The notes: a model not told the origin generated them from the letters alone. DNA of 64,000 nt from a virus (IMGVR_UViG_3300032292_000703:2964-66963), one strand, 5' to 3'; positions 1 to 8,806 are shown, counted from the stretch's first letter. Numbers and translations: made by a program.

Positions 1-2
1 TA

Positions 3-254
3 CGTAAGGTTAAGTTTATTAATTTTGACGATCCCGTCACAAATTCCATTGTAGAATCTTGGATTAAAGTCAATAATTATACCTCCGAAGGTTGTGTAGA
101 AAATAGAAATTTGAAGTTTGACTTGCGTAGAGATGCAAACAATATTTCTATGACGGATTATAAAAGCTACTACACACAGAAACAACTTGACTTTGTGTGG
201 GAAATATACGAAGATGTGTTCAATGAATTTGGATACTCAAGAGAGTTTATCTGA
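3..254 (+). CDS. 3' end of an ORF running off the window; C-terminus resembles sulfotransferase-family proteins
   Basis: Open frame 3..254 ending TGA; ends YKSYYTQKQLDFVWEIYEDVFNEFGY, similar to the Y.DYY......V...Y..D...FGY tail of Sulfotransfer_2-type proteins. Confidence 0.55.
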   Translation, partial: RKVKFINFDDPVTNSIVESWIKVNNYTSEGCVENRNLKFDLRRDANNISMTDYKSYYTQKQLDFVWEIYEDVFNEFGYSREFI

Positions 255-262
255 TATTTATA
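255..262 (+). promoter_or_regulatory. Putative phage late-type promoter motif TATTTATA upstream of tmRNA
   Basis: Exact copy of the motif recurring before many genes; 16 nt before the tmRNA 5' end. Confidence 0.6.
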
Positions 263-278
263 ATTAGTTCTTTTTCAT

Positions 279-663
279 GGGCGTGTACTGGTCTCGATTC
301 AAAGATTAGTGTATGTTAGGCACGTAGAGGACGATAGTTGGCCTCTTTAATCATCTATCAAAAAATTAACTGCTACTAAGAAGAGCAAGGTAATCAGCTA
401 CAACTTTACTTCACGTAAGGAAGTCGCACTCGCAGCCTAAGTGCTGCACATCTTTCACAATGATGTCTGATAATTGTGGAAGGTGTAAACTATCAGGCTA
501 GACAATAAAATGTTCGGGTTTATTGTTTAAATCTTACTGAACAACCTTGATGTAAAGTTTGATGTTTTAGATTTACAACCATTGTATTGAAAAACAGATA
601 AGCGTGTAGTCTGATGTATAACGATGTTTGAAGACGCGCGTTCGACTCGCGCCACGTCCACCA
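279..663 (+). ncRNA. ssrA: tmRNA (transfer-messenger RNA)
   Basis: 5' GGGCGTG pairs with 3' CACGTCC-A-CCA including a G3:U70 alanine identity pair; T-arm GCGCG-TTCGACT-CGCGC; TTAACTG resume context; tag ORF 372..440 ATKKSKVISYNFTSRKEVALAA* ending ALAA; 385 nt. Confidence 0.95.
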
Positions 664-674
664 TTTTACATTAT

Positions 675-701
675 AACCCCGGGCTATGCTCGGGGTTTTT
701 T
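675..701. terminator. Intrinsic terminator, probably bidirectional, between tmRNA and a convergent ORF
   Basis: AACCCCGGGC-TAT-GCTCGGGGTT stem followed by a T-run. Confidence 0.85.
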
Positions 702-702
702 G

Positions 703-921
703 TTAGGGTTCAAAGTCAATGTAACTGTCCACGACCAAACAGTTGCATTTATTTGGATCTATGTAACCTTCTTTCTCCAAATAGTTTAACATAGATTCAC
801 GGCAATGATCGTCTTCGTAAAGGTCACACTTTTCAGGATGTCTCAATATGATAAATTGGTTTGCCCAAATTGTGATATGGTGATCCTTAATATTTATATC
901 GTGAAAAGTTACTTCTTTCAT
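703..921 (-). CDS. Hypothetical protein (72 aa, MKEVTFHDINIK...)
   Basis: Start moved from the track's 957 to the ATG at 921 because TATTTATT (minus strand, 927-934) lies just upstream; ends at the terminator. Confidence 0.7.
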   Translation of the reverse strand: MKEVTFHDINIKDHHITIWANQFIILRHPEKCDLYEDDHCRESMLNYLEKEGYIDPNKCNCLVVDSYIDFEP

Positions 922-946
922 GCAACAATAAATATGTATACGAACT

Positions 947-1174
947 ATGAGTAACATTAAATTGTCAAAGCTAGAAGCACAAAAGAAAGTTTACGAACTT
1001 ACAGAAAAGTTGTTGCATACTAAGAAGGATTTCAAGGACGTAGCAGCTGGATATAAGGAACGTATCAAAGAGTTGGAAAGTGAAATCAAAGCGGTTGTAG
1101 AGGATGCTGGAGGGTTGCCTTTGTCGGATATCGGAGTGTTGCCTCAATCTGATACAATTGAAATGGATGGATAA
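947..1174 (+). CDS. Small coiled-coil hypothetical protein
   Basis: 75 aa ORF with a heptad-like charged pattern, followed by a terminator. Confidence 0.75.
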   Translation: MSNIKLSKLEAQKKVYELTEKLLHTKKDFKDVAAGYKERIKELESEIKAVVEDAGGLPLSDIGVLPQSDTIEMDG

Positions 1175-1194
1175 TTTATAGTTCATAATACATG

Positions 1195-1223
1195 AAGCCA
1201 CAAACGAAAGTTTGTGGTTTTTT
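1195..1223 (+). terminator. Intrinsic terminator
   Basis: AAGCCACAAAC-GAAA-GTTTGTGGTTT stem with a GNRA loop and T-run. Confidence 0.8.
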
Positions 1224-1254
1224 GCTTTTGAAATGTAGTTATGTTGGAATTGTT

Positions 1255-2556
1255 ATGAAGCAACGTACTGTTAAAATTGTATTAAACGCAATGGTAAAGA
1301 ATGAGTCAAAAATCATTCTTAGAATGTTAGAATCTGCATACAAATATATCGATTATTGGGTAATTCAAGATAACGGGTCTACAGATGGTACTCAATCAAT
1401 CATTGAGAATTTTTTCAAAGAAAAGAACATTCCCGGCGTTTTATATTTTGAACCATGGCAATATCCTGGCTACAATCGAAATCACACATTACAAAAGTGT
1501 GCAGAATCCAATCATGGATGTGAATATGTTTTGAGATTAGATGCGGATGAAATCTTAGAAGTTGATGAAGATTTTGATTGGGAAGAACTACGACGTGGCG
1601 ATGAAATTTATGTTCACGCTGAATCTGCTAACAGAGATGTGGTTTTGACTAGACCGTGGATGTGGAAAGCTGACATCGATTGGGAATATTCTCTTAGTAA
1701 ACGTCATGAGGTTTTGCTTCGTAAATCACGTCAAGATTGGCGTAAATATGAGTTGTCTAAGTCATTCAGACAGATAATGTTGCCGGGTGGAGCGACATGG
1801 CAAAATCCACATAAGTACTATGTAGATTCTATTGAGTTGGAACAACAGGTTATGAAATATGAACCAAAAGATAGATCACATTTGGATTATAATTTGGATG
1901 CATATTATGTTTGGTATTTAGCAAAATCATATATTGATTTTTTGGAGGATTGTCGTAATGGAAAAACCAAACTATTTTTTGGAAAAGATCACGAAGCAGA
2001 AATGGCCAGACGTGGAATATTCTACTATAAGAAGTATTTGAAATTAGCGATGAACATTGATGACGACACTAATTTTGCTAAATGTTATGATCATGATAAT
2101 TTGAGGGCGTTTAATTACGTCAATCAAATGGCTTACGTTGCTATTGTTTACATTGGTCTTATGCATTTACGATATATTGATGTATCCGAGGGTATAAAAT
2201 ATTTGGTAAAAAGTTACGAGTTTGATCCTCTTAGAAATGAAGGCTTATATAATTTGGCAAATCACTTTCATGTCACTGACAATGAGAAGATGGTGTATTT
2301 GTATACTAGTCTTGCTATGAAAAACCGAAATGTAAATGTAACTCAACATCGTAATTTTTTGGTTGAGAGTGTTTGTTATCCTGATACTGGATATTCACTT
2401 TTAGATTTGCATTCGTTTGCCGCATATAAGTTGGGATACTATGAAGAAGCTAAAATAACTTGTAAACAGATGATTGATAATTTACACTTAGCACCAGAAT
2501 ATGAACATGAACGTATAAAGGTTAACTATGAAGTTTTTTCTAAACTGACATCTTAA
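1255..2556 (+). CDS. Glycosyltransferase family 2 (GT-A) protein with a TPR-like C-terminal half
   Basis: MVKNESKII..., IQDNGSTDGT, YVLRLDADE (DxD) motifs; helical repeat C-terminus (..YEFDPLRNEGLYNLA..); start set to 1255 because the longer track start lies inside the terminator. Confidence 0.85.
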   Translation: MKQRTVKIVLNAMVKNESKIILRMLESAYKYIDYWVIQDNGSTDGTQSIIENFFKEKNIPGVLYFEPWQYPGYNRNHTLQKCAESNHGCEYVLRLDADEILEVDEDFDWEELRRGDEIYVHAESANRDVVLTRPWMWKADIDWEYSLSKRHEVLLRKSRQDWRKYELSKSFRQIMLPGGATWQNPHKYYVDSIELEQQVMKYEPKDRSHLDYNLDAYYVWYLAKSYIDFLEDCRNGKTKLFFGKDHEAEMARRGIFYYKKYLKLAMNIDDDTNFAKCYDHDNLRAFNYVNQMAYVAIVYIGLMHLRYIDVSEGIKYLVKSYEFDPLRNEGLYNLANHFHVTDNEKMVYLYTSLAMKNRNVNVTQHRNFLVESVCYPDTGYSLLDLHSFAAYKLGYYEEAKITCKQMIDNLHLAPEYEHERIKVNYEVFSKLTS

Positions 2557-2972
2557 TGAAAACCAAATTAAAAAATAAAGAGGAAACGAATCCAAAAAAG
2601 GTTGTAGTCAAAAAGCAATCAAAGGCTACAAAGAAAGTGGTTCAAGATGTTGAAGACGGCGGTGGCAGTAAATACTTTAAATGTACTCAACGAGTTGTTT
2701 CACCCACATCAAATGTAACTCACTGGGTGTTTAATGATGTTGATGTCACGCACAAGGTAGATAATTTTACTGCCAAGGGAACTAGACTTTTAGTTGCCAG
2801 ATATCCTGATTTTTACAAAATTTATTTGTATAAGACGCATAGAGCAGGAGAACCAAGTTGGCCAAACGGAGGAGTCATGGTATATAATGCCAATTACGAG
2901 ACTATGCAGTATTTTTACTATGATAGTGTTGCTATACATCCAGAAGGAGGAATGTATAAATTCCAGACATAA
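2556..2972 (+). CDS. Hypothetical protein with a Lys-rich N-terminus
   Basis: 138 aa ORF, TAATG-coupled to the upstream gene. Confidence 0.75.
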   Translation: MKTKLKNKEETNPKKVVVKKQSKATKKVVQDVEDGGGSKYFKCTQRVVSPTSNVTHWVFNDVDVTHKVDNFTAKGTRLLVARYPDFYKIYLYKTHRAGEPSWPNGGVMVYNANYETMQYFYYDSVAIHPEGGMYKFQT

Positions 2973-2998
2973 AGTGTTTTTATACAATATTTATTGTC

Positions 2999-3307
2999 AT
3001 GAAAATCGTCGTAAATAGATCTAAAGGACCAGACTGTGGGTATAAATTGTCACCTGAAGCGTGTGATATGCTTGGAGTGACGGAGCCGTATTCATTTTAT
3101 GCGTATGAAGATCGAACTCTCCAGAAACTCATTGATGTCGTTGAGTTTCTTCAAGAACGTGTGAATGGTGAGGGTGCTGATCTTCGTGTTCTTTCTGTGC
3201 CAGATGAGTTGGAAACCAAAGACGAGTTGGGTAGAACCGTTCGTAATTGGCACTTGTCAGAACGAGATGGTTACGAAGTGGTGCGTGAAAATCATAGATA
3301 CTGGTAA
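2999..3307 (+). CDS. Conserved phage hypothetical protein
   Basis: MKIVVNR...L.VL.VPD...DGYEVV.E.HRYW pattern common in phage hypotheticals; TATTTATT at 2988-2995. Confidence 0.8.
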   Translation: MKIVVNRSKGPDCGYKLSPEACDMLGVTEPYSFYAYEDRTLQKLIDVVEFLQERVNGEGADLRVLSVPDELETKDELGRTVRNWHLSERDGYEVVRENHRYW

Positions 3308-3314
3308 AAAGTAG

Positions 3315-3342
3315 TTGACATTTGTAAGTTGTGTGGTATTCT
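3315..3342 (+). promoter_or_regulatory. Host sigma70-type (early) promoter
   Basis: TTGACA-N16-TATTCT with an extended -10 TG. Confidence 0.7.
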
Positions 3343-3392
3343 GATCGTGTAAGTTGCAGTCTAAACATTAACAAATAAACTAAGTTATACTT

Positions 3393-3572
3393 ATGGAAAA
3401 GAAGAAGTATGTAGTTGTTCGTAGTGGTCTACGTGTGTCAGATCTGGAGTACGACTCTCCAGCCGAGGCCACGCAAGAGTTGGAACATTGGAAGTCTGTC
3501 ATCAAACGTTGGCCTGATGGGTCAGTTGTTGCTGTCGTTGAAAAGGACGAAAAGAAACATCGTATCTGGTAA
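3393..3572 (+). CDS. Small hypothetical protein (59 aa, MEKKKYVVVRSGLRVSDLEY...), not in the ORF track
   Basis: ATG 3393 to TAA 3572 fills the gap between the promoter and the next gene; below the track's length cutoff. Confidence 0.7.
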   Translation: MEKKKYVVVRSGLRVSDLEYDSPAEATQELEHWKSVIKRWPDGSVVAVVEKDEKKHRIW

Positions 3573-3578
3573 ATTGTT

Positions 3579-3800
3579 ATGGGTCTACGAGAACAAATCA
3601 AAAATGCTAAGTCAGAAGCCGAGATCGCAGAATTGGTCTCAAAGGGTAAGACATATGAATGGGCATCTGATCGAACCAAGAATTCTTGGAAGTCTACCGC
3701 CAAGTTCCGAATCGCTGAATTGAGCACCACGATTCCGTCACAACCTGCTCCTTCGGATACCCCTAAGAAGGTTACAAAGAAGACTGTTAAGAATAAGTAA
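3579..3800 (+). CDS. Small basic hypothetical protein
   Basis: 73 aa ORF with a Lys-rich tail, followed by a terminator. Confidence 0.7.
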   Translation: MGLREQIKNAKSEAEIAELVSKGKTYEWASDRTKNSWKSTAKFRIAELSTTIPSQPAPSDTPKKVTKKTVKNK

Positions 3801-3829
3801 CAGAACATAAACAAATAACTGCAATTTAC

Positions 3830-3856
3830 AAACGCCATCTTTCGATGGCGTTTTTT
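3830..3856 (+). terminator. Intrinsic terminator
   Basis: AAACGCCATC-TTTC-GATGGCGTTT followed by Ts. Confidence 0.85.
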
Positions 3857-3897
3857 ATTGGTTTAACATCAGTCGTGGAAATATTTATTAATGTTAT

Positions 3898-4218
3898 ATG
3901 GCAAAGAAGCAAAAATATAAACCTTTTGTGTTGCCCTCTGATTTTAAAGAGTTGGAATCGTATGTCAAATCGCATAAAACCGATTTGACAGAATGTGTTA
4001 TATCCTCAATCGAATTCGCTATTGAAAAAAACTTACCAATGGCTGAAGTATTTAATTTCAAAAATTCTGACTTCGTTATTACTATTGCCAGAGAAGCATT
4101 TCGTGACAATATTCAAAATGTGTATGACTTTTATCTTAAAGAGGAAAAGTACGAACTGTGTAGTAGGGTTAAACGAATCGAATCGTTATTAGATAATACA
4201 GTAAAACCAAAACACTGA
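3898..4218 (+). CDS. Hypothetical protein with a UvrB/C-like C-terminal helix pair
   Basis: EEKYELCSRVKRI resembles the UVR motif E.YE.A...RD; TATTTATT at 3882-3889. Confidence 0.7.
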   Translation: MAKKQKYKPFVLPSDFKELESYVKSHKTDLTECVISSIEFAIEKNLPMAEVFNFKNSDFVITIAREAFRDNIQNVYDFYLKEEKYELCSRVKRIESLLDNTVKPKH

Positions 4219-4941
4219 ATGAAAAAGAAAAAACACCTTGAAGACAAGAGTCCTATTGTGCCACAAAAACACAAAATCAAAAATGAGATTGAAATACATC
4301 AACGGGAATTGACAAGTAAACAAAAACAGTTTTTGGATGTTGCATTAGACAAAAATACAAAGGTAATGTTTGTTAGTGGTCCTGCTGGAACCTCAAAAAC
4401 ATACATGGCAATTTTAACATCGCTTATTCTTTTGAATCAAAAAAGGGTAAGCGATTTGTTGTATTTGAGAAGTGCAGTTGAAAGTTCTGATAGTAAACTT
4501 GGATTTTTGCCAGGTGAAGCTGATGAAAAAATGGCACCATATATACAGCCATTGTTGGAAAAATTGTCAGAACTTACTACCAAGGCAAGCATAGATACTC
4601 TTCAGAAAGAACAACGAATTGATAGCATACCAATCGGCTTCTTGAGAGGATTGAACTGGAACGCTAGATGTATTGTTGCTGATGAATCGCAGAACATGAC
4701 TTACAAAGAGTTGGTCACTCTAGTCACCCGTGTTGGTGAGTTCAGTAAAGTATTTATTTTGGGTGACCCAGATCAAAGTGATATCAATGGAAAGAGCGGG
4801 TTCGTTAAAATGATGAATCACTTTGAAGATACTGAAAGTCGTGAAAATGGTATTCACACGTTTAAGTTTGATGAAGACGATATTGTTAGAAGTGCATTGG
4901 TTCGATTTATAATAAAAAAACTGAAACAAACAAATGTCTGA
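4219..4941 (+). CDS. phoH: PhoH-like ATPase
   Basis: Walker A GPAGTSKT, LGFLPG, PIGFLRG, DESQN, GDPDQSD motifs. Confidence 0.95.
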   Translation: MKKKKHLEDKSPIVPQKHKIKNEIEIHQRELTSKQKQFLDVALDKNTKVMFVSGPAGTSKTYMAILTSLILLNQKRVSDLLYLRSAVESSDSKLGFLPGEADEKMAPYIQPLLEKLSELTTKASIDTLQKEQRIDSIPIGFLRGLNWNARCIVADESQNMTYKELVTLVTRVGEFSKVFILGDPDQSDINGKSGFVKMMNHFEDTESRENGIHTFKFDEDDIVRSALVRFIIKKLKQTNV

Positions 4942-4970
4942 TTATATTTATAACCAAACATACATAAATT

Positions 4971-5480
4971 ATGGCTTCACCAACAATTACATCATTGTCT
5001 ACTACAATTGGACCTGCTAATCAATGGATTTATATATTTGGTACCGACTTCGTTGATGGTCAGACCCAGATCTATTTTAACGAATTGGTCTGTGATCCAG
5101 TTGCCGTTTTTAACACAACGCAGATTGGATTTTATTTGAATTCAGAAGCTACGGGTTCTGGTTTCTTTAAAGTGGTAACTCCAGAAGGCGAATTCACCAG
5201 TGATATTGAATACACTGTTGGTTCACCATCATTGGCTCCAACTGTAACTGATTTGAGAGATCATCCAAATCCCGATGTTAATTGGGTATATGTTGATGGT
5301 ACTGAATTTGTTTCAGGTCAAACCACAATTGAGTATGATGGTAAAACTGTAGAGGTATTTGTTTATACAGTTGACCGTGGTGGATTTGCCAAGGTTGATA
5401 TAGCTGATCAAGTTGCATCAATTGTATTGACAACTCCAAATGGATCTGTTTCGTTTACACCTGCTGAACCAGTTGTATAA
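4971..5480 (+). CDS. Tandem IPT/TIG (Ig-like) domain protein
   Basis: Two internal repeats (PTITSL...WIYIFGTDFVDGQT / PTVTDL...WVYVDGTEFVSGQT; V.TP.G); TATTTATA at 4945-4952. Confidence 0.75.
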   Translation: MASPTITSLSTTIGPANQWIYIFGTDFVDGQTQIYFNELVCDPVAVFNTTQIGFYLNSEATGSGFFKVVTPEGEFTSDIEYTVGSPSLAPTVTDLRDHPNPDVNWVYVDGTEFVSGQTTIEYDGKTVEVFVYTVDRGGFAKVDIADQVASIVLTTPNGSVSFTPAEPVV

Positions 5481-5493
5481 CTAAATTAAAAAA

Positions 5494-5522
5494 TTGACGT
5501 AAGCTCTTTTTCGATGTAGGAT
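5494..5522 (+). promoter_or_regulatory. Host sigma70-type promoter
   Basis: TTGACG-N17-TAGGAT ending 7 nt before the ATG at 5530. Confidence 0.6.
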
Positions 5523-5529
5523 TTGGTTC

Positions 5530-6189
5530 ATGACTAAATCTTATAACGAAAAAGAGCTTTTTGCTAATTACGAAAAATTCCTAAAACACCTTGAGAAATT
5601 CTTTTCCGGTGACCGACTTGAAAAGTTGAAGCACCTTTATAGTGAAAATGAATATGGTTACCGTGCTATTATGGCACCAGCCAGTGCCAAGGAACACTAT
5701 CACAATGCTTACGCTGGTGGTTATCTTGACCACATCATGAATGTGTTGACCACTTCATTTGGTGTCAAGAAGTTGTATGAAGCCCGTGGGGGAACAATTG
5801 ACTTTACCGATGAAGAGTTGGCGTTCGCTACTATTCACCACGATCTTGGAAAGTTGGGTGACAAGGAACAGGGAGAGTATTACCTGATTCAAGAGAGTGA
5901 ATGGCATAAAAAGAACAAGGGTGAAGTGTACAAGTTCAACTCAAATCTACAGTACATGGATGTTACTGATAGGGCGTTGTTTATTCTTCAACAGTACCAG
6001 ATCACTTGTACTTGGAAGGAGACGTTGGCTATCAAGTTGTCGGATGGTCTATATCATGAGGCCAATTCTTCCTACCTGATGTCATATAATCCGGACCACG
6101 AATTGAAAACAAATTTGCCCCGTATTGTTCACGTTGCTGACTATATATCATGTAGATGTGAGTATGACATGTGGAAGTTAGAAAATTAA
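5530..6189 (+). CDS. HD-domain metal-dependent phosphohydrolase
   Basis: YHNAYAGGYLDH, IHHDLGK, late VHVAD motifs typical of the HD superfamily. Confidence 0.9.
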   Translation: MTKSYNEKELFANYEKFLKHLEKFFSGDRLEKLKHLYSENEYGYRAIMAPASAKEHYHNAYAGGYLDHIMNVLTTSFGVKKLYEARGGTIDFTDEELAFATIHHDLGKLGDKEQGEYYLIQESEWHKKNKGEVYKFNSNLQYMDVTDRALFILQQYQITCTWKETLAIKLSDGLYHEANSSYLMSYNPDHELKTNLPRIVHVADYISCRCEYDMWKLEN

Positions 6190-6192
6190 GTT

Positions 6193-7479
6193 ATGAACGA
6201 TGAATCAATTTTTGTACAAATAGCTTCGTATAGAGATCCAGAGTTGGTTCCAACTATTCTGGACATGTTTGAGACGGCAGAAAAGCCTGAAAATTTAAAG
6301 GTTTGTATCTGTTGGCAACATGATGATATTGAAAACTTGGATATGTTTAAAACGTATCCAAACATTCAAATCATTGACGTTCCGTATAAGGAAAGTCGTG
6401 GAGCTTGTTGGGCAAGAAATTTGATTCAACGACAATACAACGGCGAAAGATACACATTGCAGTTGGATTCTCACCACCGATTTGTTCAGGGGTGGGATAC
6501 AGAGTTGAAAAACATGTACCAGCAATGTGTATCGATGGGTAGTAGTAAACCTCTAATTACATCATATATACCAGCATTTGATCCTCTACGTTCAAAAGAG
6601 ACTTATGAAATGGTACCGTGGAGAATGGATTTTCATACATTCACGGATGAAAGCACAGTTATATTTATTCCAAATTTAATTGTCAAACATCAGTCATACA
6701 CAAAGCCAATACTAGCCAGATTTTATTCTGCCCATTTTGCATTTACTGATGGTCAGTTTTGTGAAGAAGTGCCTCATGATCCTGAATACTATTTTTACGG
6801 AGAGGAAATCAGCATCTCTGTCAGAGCTTTTACTCACGGATACGATTTGTACCATCCACACAAGGTGATTGCATGGCATGAATACACACGAAATAATCGT
6901 ATGAAACATTGGGATGACCATGATTCTACAAAAGATATTTATCGTGGATATGAAAAATCTTGGTGGCAAAGAGACTCACAATCTCAGAAACGAAATCGCA
7001 TATTGTTTGGTATAGAAACCGATAATTCTGTAGTGATTCCAAAGAAATATGGTTTTGGAAAAATTCGTACATTAGACGAATATGAACGATACGCTGGAAT
7101 TAAATTCAAGACACGGGAAGTATCTTTATATACTCTTTCTGGAAAATTTGCACCGACCCCATATAATGAAAACTATGTATTTGGGAAAAATATCGATACA
7201 TCTGAAATCACTACATTGACTAAGAACGTATCAATTCCATCCTATCATTTTATATCGGACGATGTAGAACGTGTTAAAATTGAATTATACGATTCAGTGA
7301 ATAAAGTTATTGTAGTACAGTCTTTTGAAAAACAACTAATTAAATCAATGTGTCAGTCATTAGATGTATTGACACTTACGATAAACTTTGATGCGTTAAA
7401 GGAAACATCATATTATTGTAAGTTTTATACATTCGACAAGTTTGACCGAGTTATACATTCGAATACGTTAGATATATGA
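6193..7479 (+). CDS. GlcNAc-transferase-like glycosyltransferase (Skp1 GlcNAc-T-type GT-A family)
   Basis: IFVQIASYRDPEL, SRGACWAR, YTLQLDSHHRF, YFYGEE...RAFTHGYD motifs. Confidence 0.85.
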   Translation: MNDESIFVQIASYRDPELVPTILDMFETAEKPENLKVCICWQHDDIENLDMFKTYPNIQIIDVPYKESRGACWARNLIQRQYNGERYTLQLDSHHRFVQGWDTELKNMYQQCVSMGSSKPLITSYIPAFDPLRSKETYEMVPWRMDFHTFTDESTVIFIPNLIVKHQSYTKPILARFYSAHFAFTDGQFCEEVPHDPEYYFYGEEISISVRAFTHGYDLYHPHKVIAWHEYTRNNRMKHWDDHDSTKDIYRGYEKSWWQRDSQSQKRNRILFGIETDNSVVIPKKYGFGKIRTLDEYERYAGIKFKTREVSLYTLSGKFAPTPYNENYVFGKNIDTSEITTLTKNVSIPSYHFISDDVERVKIELYDSVNKVIVVQSFEKQLIKSMCQSLDVLTLTINFDALKETSYYCKFYTFDKFDRVIHSNTLDI

Positions 7480-8162
7480 AAAAACTAAACGATGTAACTC
7501 TAGTATGTATTACTTCAATAAAACTCAACGAATCATGGATGTCAGTACGGCATTGTATGAATCAAATGGAATTTGGCGAAGTAAAATTCATCACACATGA
7601 TTCTTCTATAGTAAGTAAAGACGGTATATCTGTAGAAAAGTGTAGATACCTAACATCTAGTGAAGCATATAGTTATTTTGTAATATTTGATTTACACAGG
7701 TACATTAATACCAAATACTGTTTAATTGTACAACATGATGGATTTATTTTGGATCCGGAAATGTGGGATGATGATTTTTACAACTACGATTACATAGGTG
7801 CTCCTTGGCCATCTGTAGAGAATCATTGTTTAGATCCATTTGGAAAAGTACATCGCGTAGGTAATGGTGGCTTTAGCTTTAGATCTAAGAAATTATTAGA
7901 GGTATCGACGCACGAATATATTCCCTGTGTGTCTACAACGCATGGTGATTTTTACAGACATCATGGTAATGGATATTTCGCTGAAGATTACAACATATGT
8001 GTTCACAATGCTCACATATATGAACGGTTCGGATGCGTATTTGCTCCGTATGAAGTCGCGTGTAAGTTTTCAAGAGAATGTACTGTTGATGCTCAGTTGC
8101 AGAGAAATACATTTGGAATTCACGGACCTATGACTATATGGATTCCAGAGTACAAACTCTGA
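7476..8162 (+). CDS. Putative glycosyltransferase (DUF5672-like)
   Basis: LIVQHDGF...YDYIGAPW...VGNGGFSFRS...AED motifs; ATGA overlap with the upstream gene. Confidence 0.75.
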   Translation: MKKLNDVTLVCITSIKLNESWMSVRHCMNQMEFGEVKFITHDSSIVSKDGISVEKCRYLTSSEAYSYFVIFDLHRYINTKYCLIVQHDGFILDPEMWDDDFYNYDYIGAPWPSVENHCLDPFGKVHRVGNGGFSFRSKKLLEVSTHEYIPCVSTTHGDFYRHHGNGYFAEDYNICVHNAHIYERFGCVFAPYEVACKFSRECTVDAQLQRNTFGIHGPMTIWIPEYKL

Positions 8163-8195
8163 TTATTTTATAATGAATTTTCAAAGGTTTTCAAC

Positions 8196-8287
8196 TATAT
8201 ATTGATTGATGAAACAAAGTGTTTCATTCTCTTAGGTCTATAATAGAGTAAGAGATAATAGGTCCAAATGGACTATTAATGAAAGGA
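8196..8287 (+). promoter_or_regulatory. Structured 5' leader of hsp20 (TATATAT motif, three hairpins, AAAGGA SD)
   Basis: Stems 8210-8226, 8228-8255 and 8256-8278; SD-like AAAGGA at 8282-8287. Confidence 0.5.
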
Positions 8288-8295
8288 AATATAAT

Positions 8296-8784
8296 ATGAG
8301 TAACGTTCGTAAGTTCGATAAAAATACACTTCATGCACTTCATCGTGATGAATTCTTGACACCGTTTGATAGAATTTTCGATGAATTCTTCGCAGCAAAT
8401 GTTCCCAGTTTTTCCCAAGATTTCGGGGTAGACTTTTTTGAAAAGGGATCATATCCAAAGGTTAACATTATTGATTTTTCTGAAAAGATTGTGATTGAGG
8501 CAGAAGTGCCTGGTCTCGACAAGTCAGATGTTAATGTTGAGGTAGAATCAAACGTATTGACCATTCTAGGAAACAAAGCGGTTAACGTGGAACGTGATTC
8601 GAATCAGACTGGCACGTATCTACGTCGTGAATTGAAACGTTCTAGTTTTCGTAGAAGTTTTACATTGGGTGATAATATCTCTAAAGATACTATTGATGCC
8701 AAGTTTGAAAATGGAATTTTGTTAGTTACTTTACATAAAATCAAGCCAAACAAACCTGAAGTTAAAAAGATTACGGTAAAGTAA
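8296..8784 (+). CDS. hsp20: Small heat-shock protein (alpha-crystallin domain)
   Basis: YPKVNI...IEAEVPGLDKSDV.V.VE...LTI.G...RRE...SSFRRSFTL...AKFENGILLVTLHK. Confidence 0.95.
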   Translation: MSNVRKFDKNTLHALHRDEFLTPFDRIFDEFFAANVPSFSQDFGVDFFEKGSYPKVNIIDFSEKIVIEAEVPGLDKSDVNVEVESNVLTILGNKAVNVERDSNQTGTYLRRELKRSSFRRSFTLGDNISKDTIDAKFENGILLVTLHKIKPNKPEVKKITVK

Positions 8785-8806
8785 CCCAAATATAATAAGT
8801 TATGTC

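Noticed and set aside
628-663. Stand-alone tRNA suggested by the T-arm and CCA
   Set aside because: Its acceptor partner is 380 nt upstream with a tag ORF between them, so it is the tRNA-like domain of the tmRNA
1192-1254. Extended track starts (1192, 957, 13495, 19817, 33001, 36232, 50868, 56249, 58614)
   Set aside because: The extensions run through terminators, promoter motifs or upstream genes; downstream ATGs fit better
3380-3838. Track ORFs 3415..3723 (+) and 3380..3838 (-)
   Set aside because: They overlap the better-supported 3393..3572 and 3579..3800 pair, which fits the promoter and terminator
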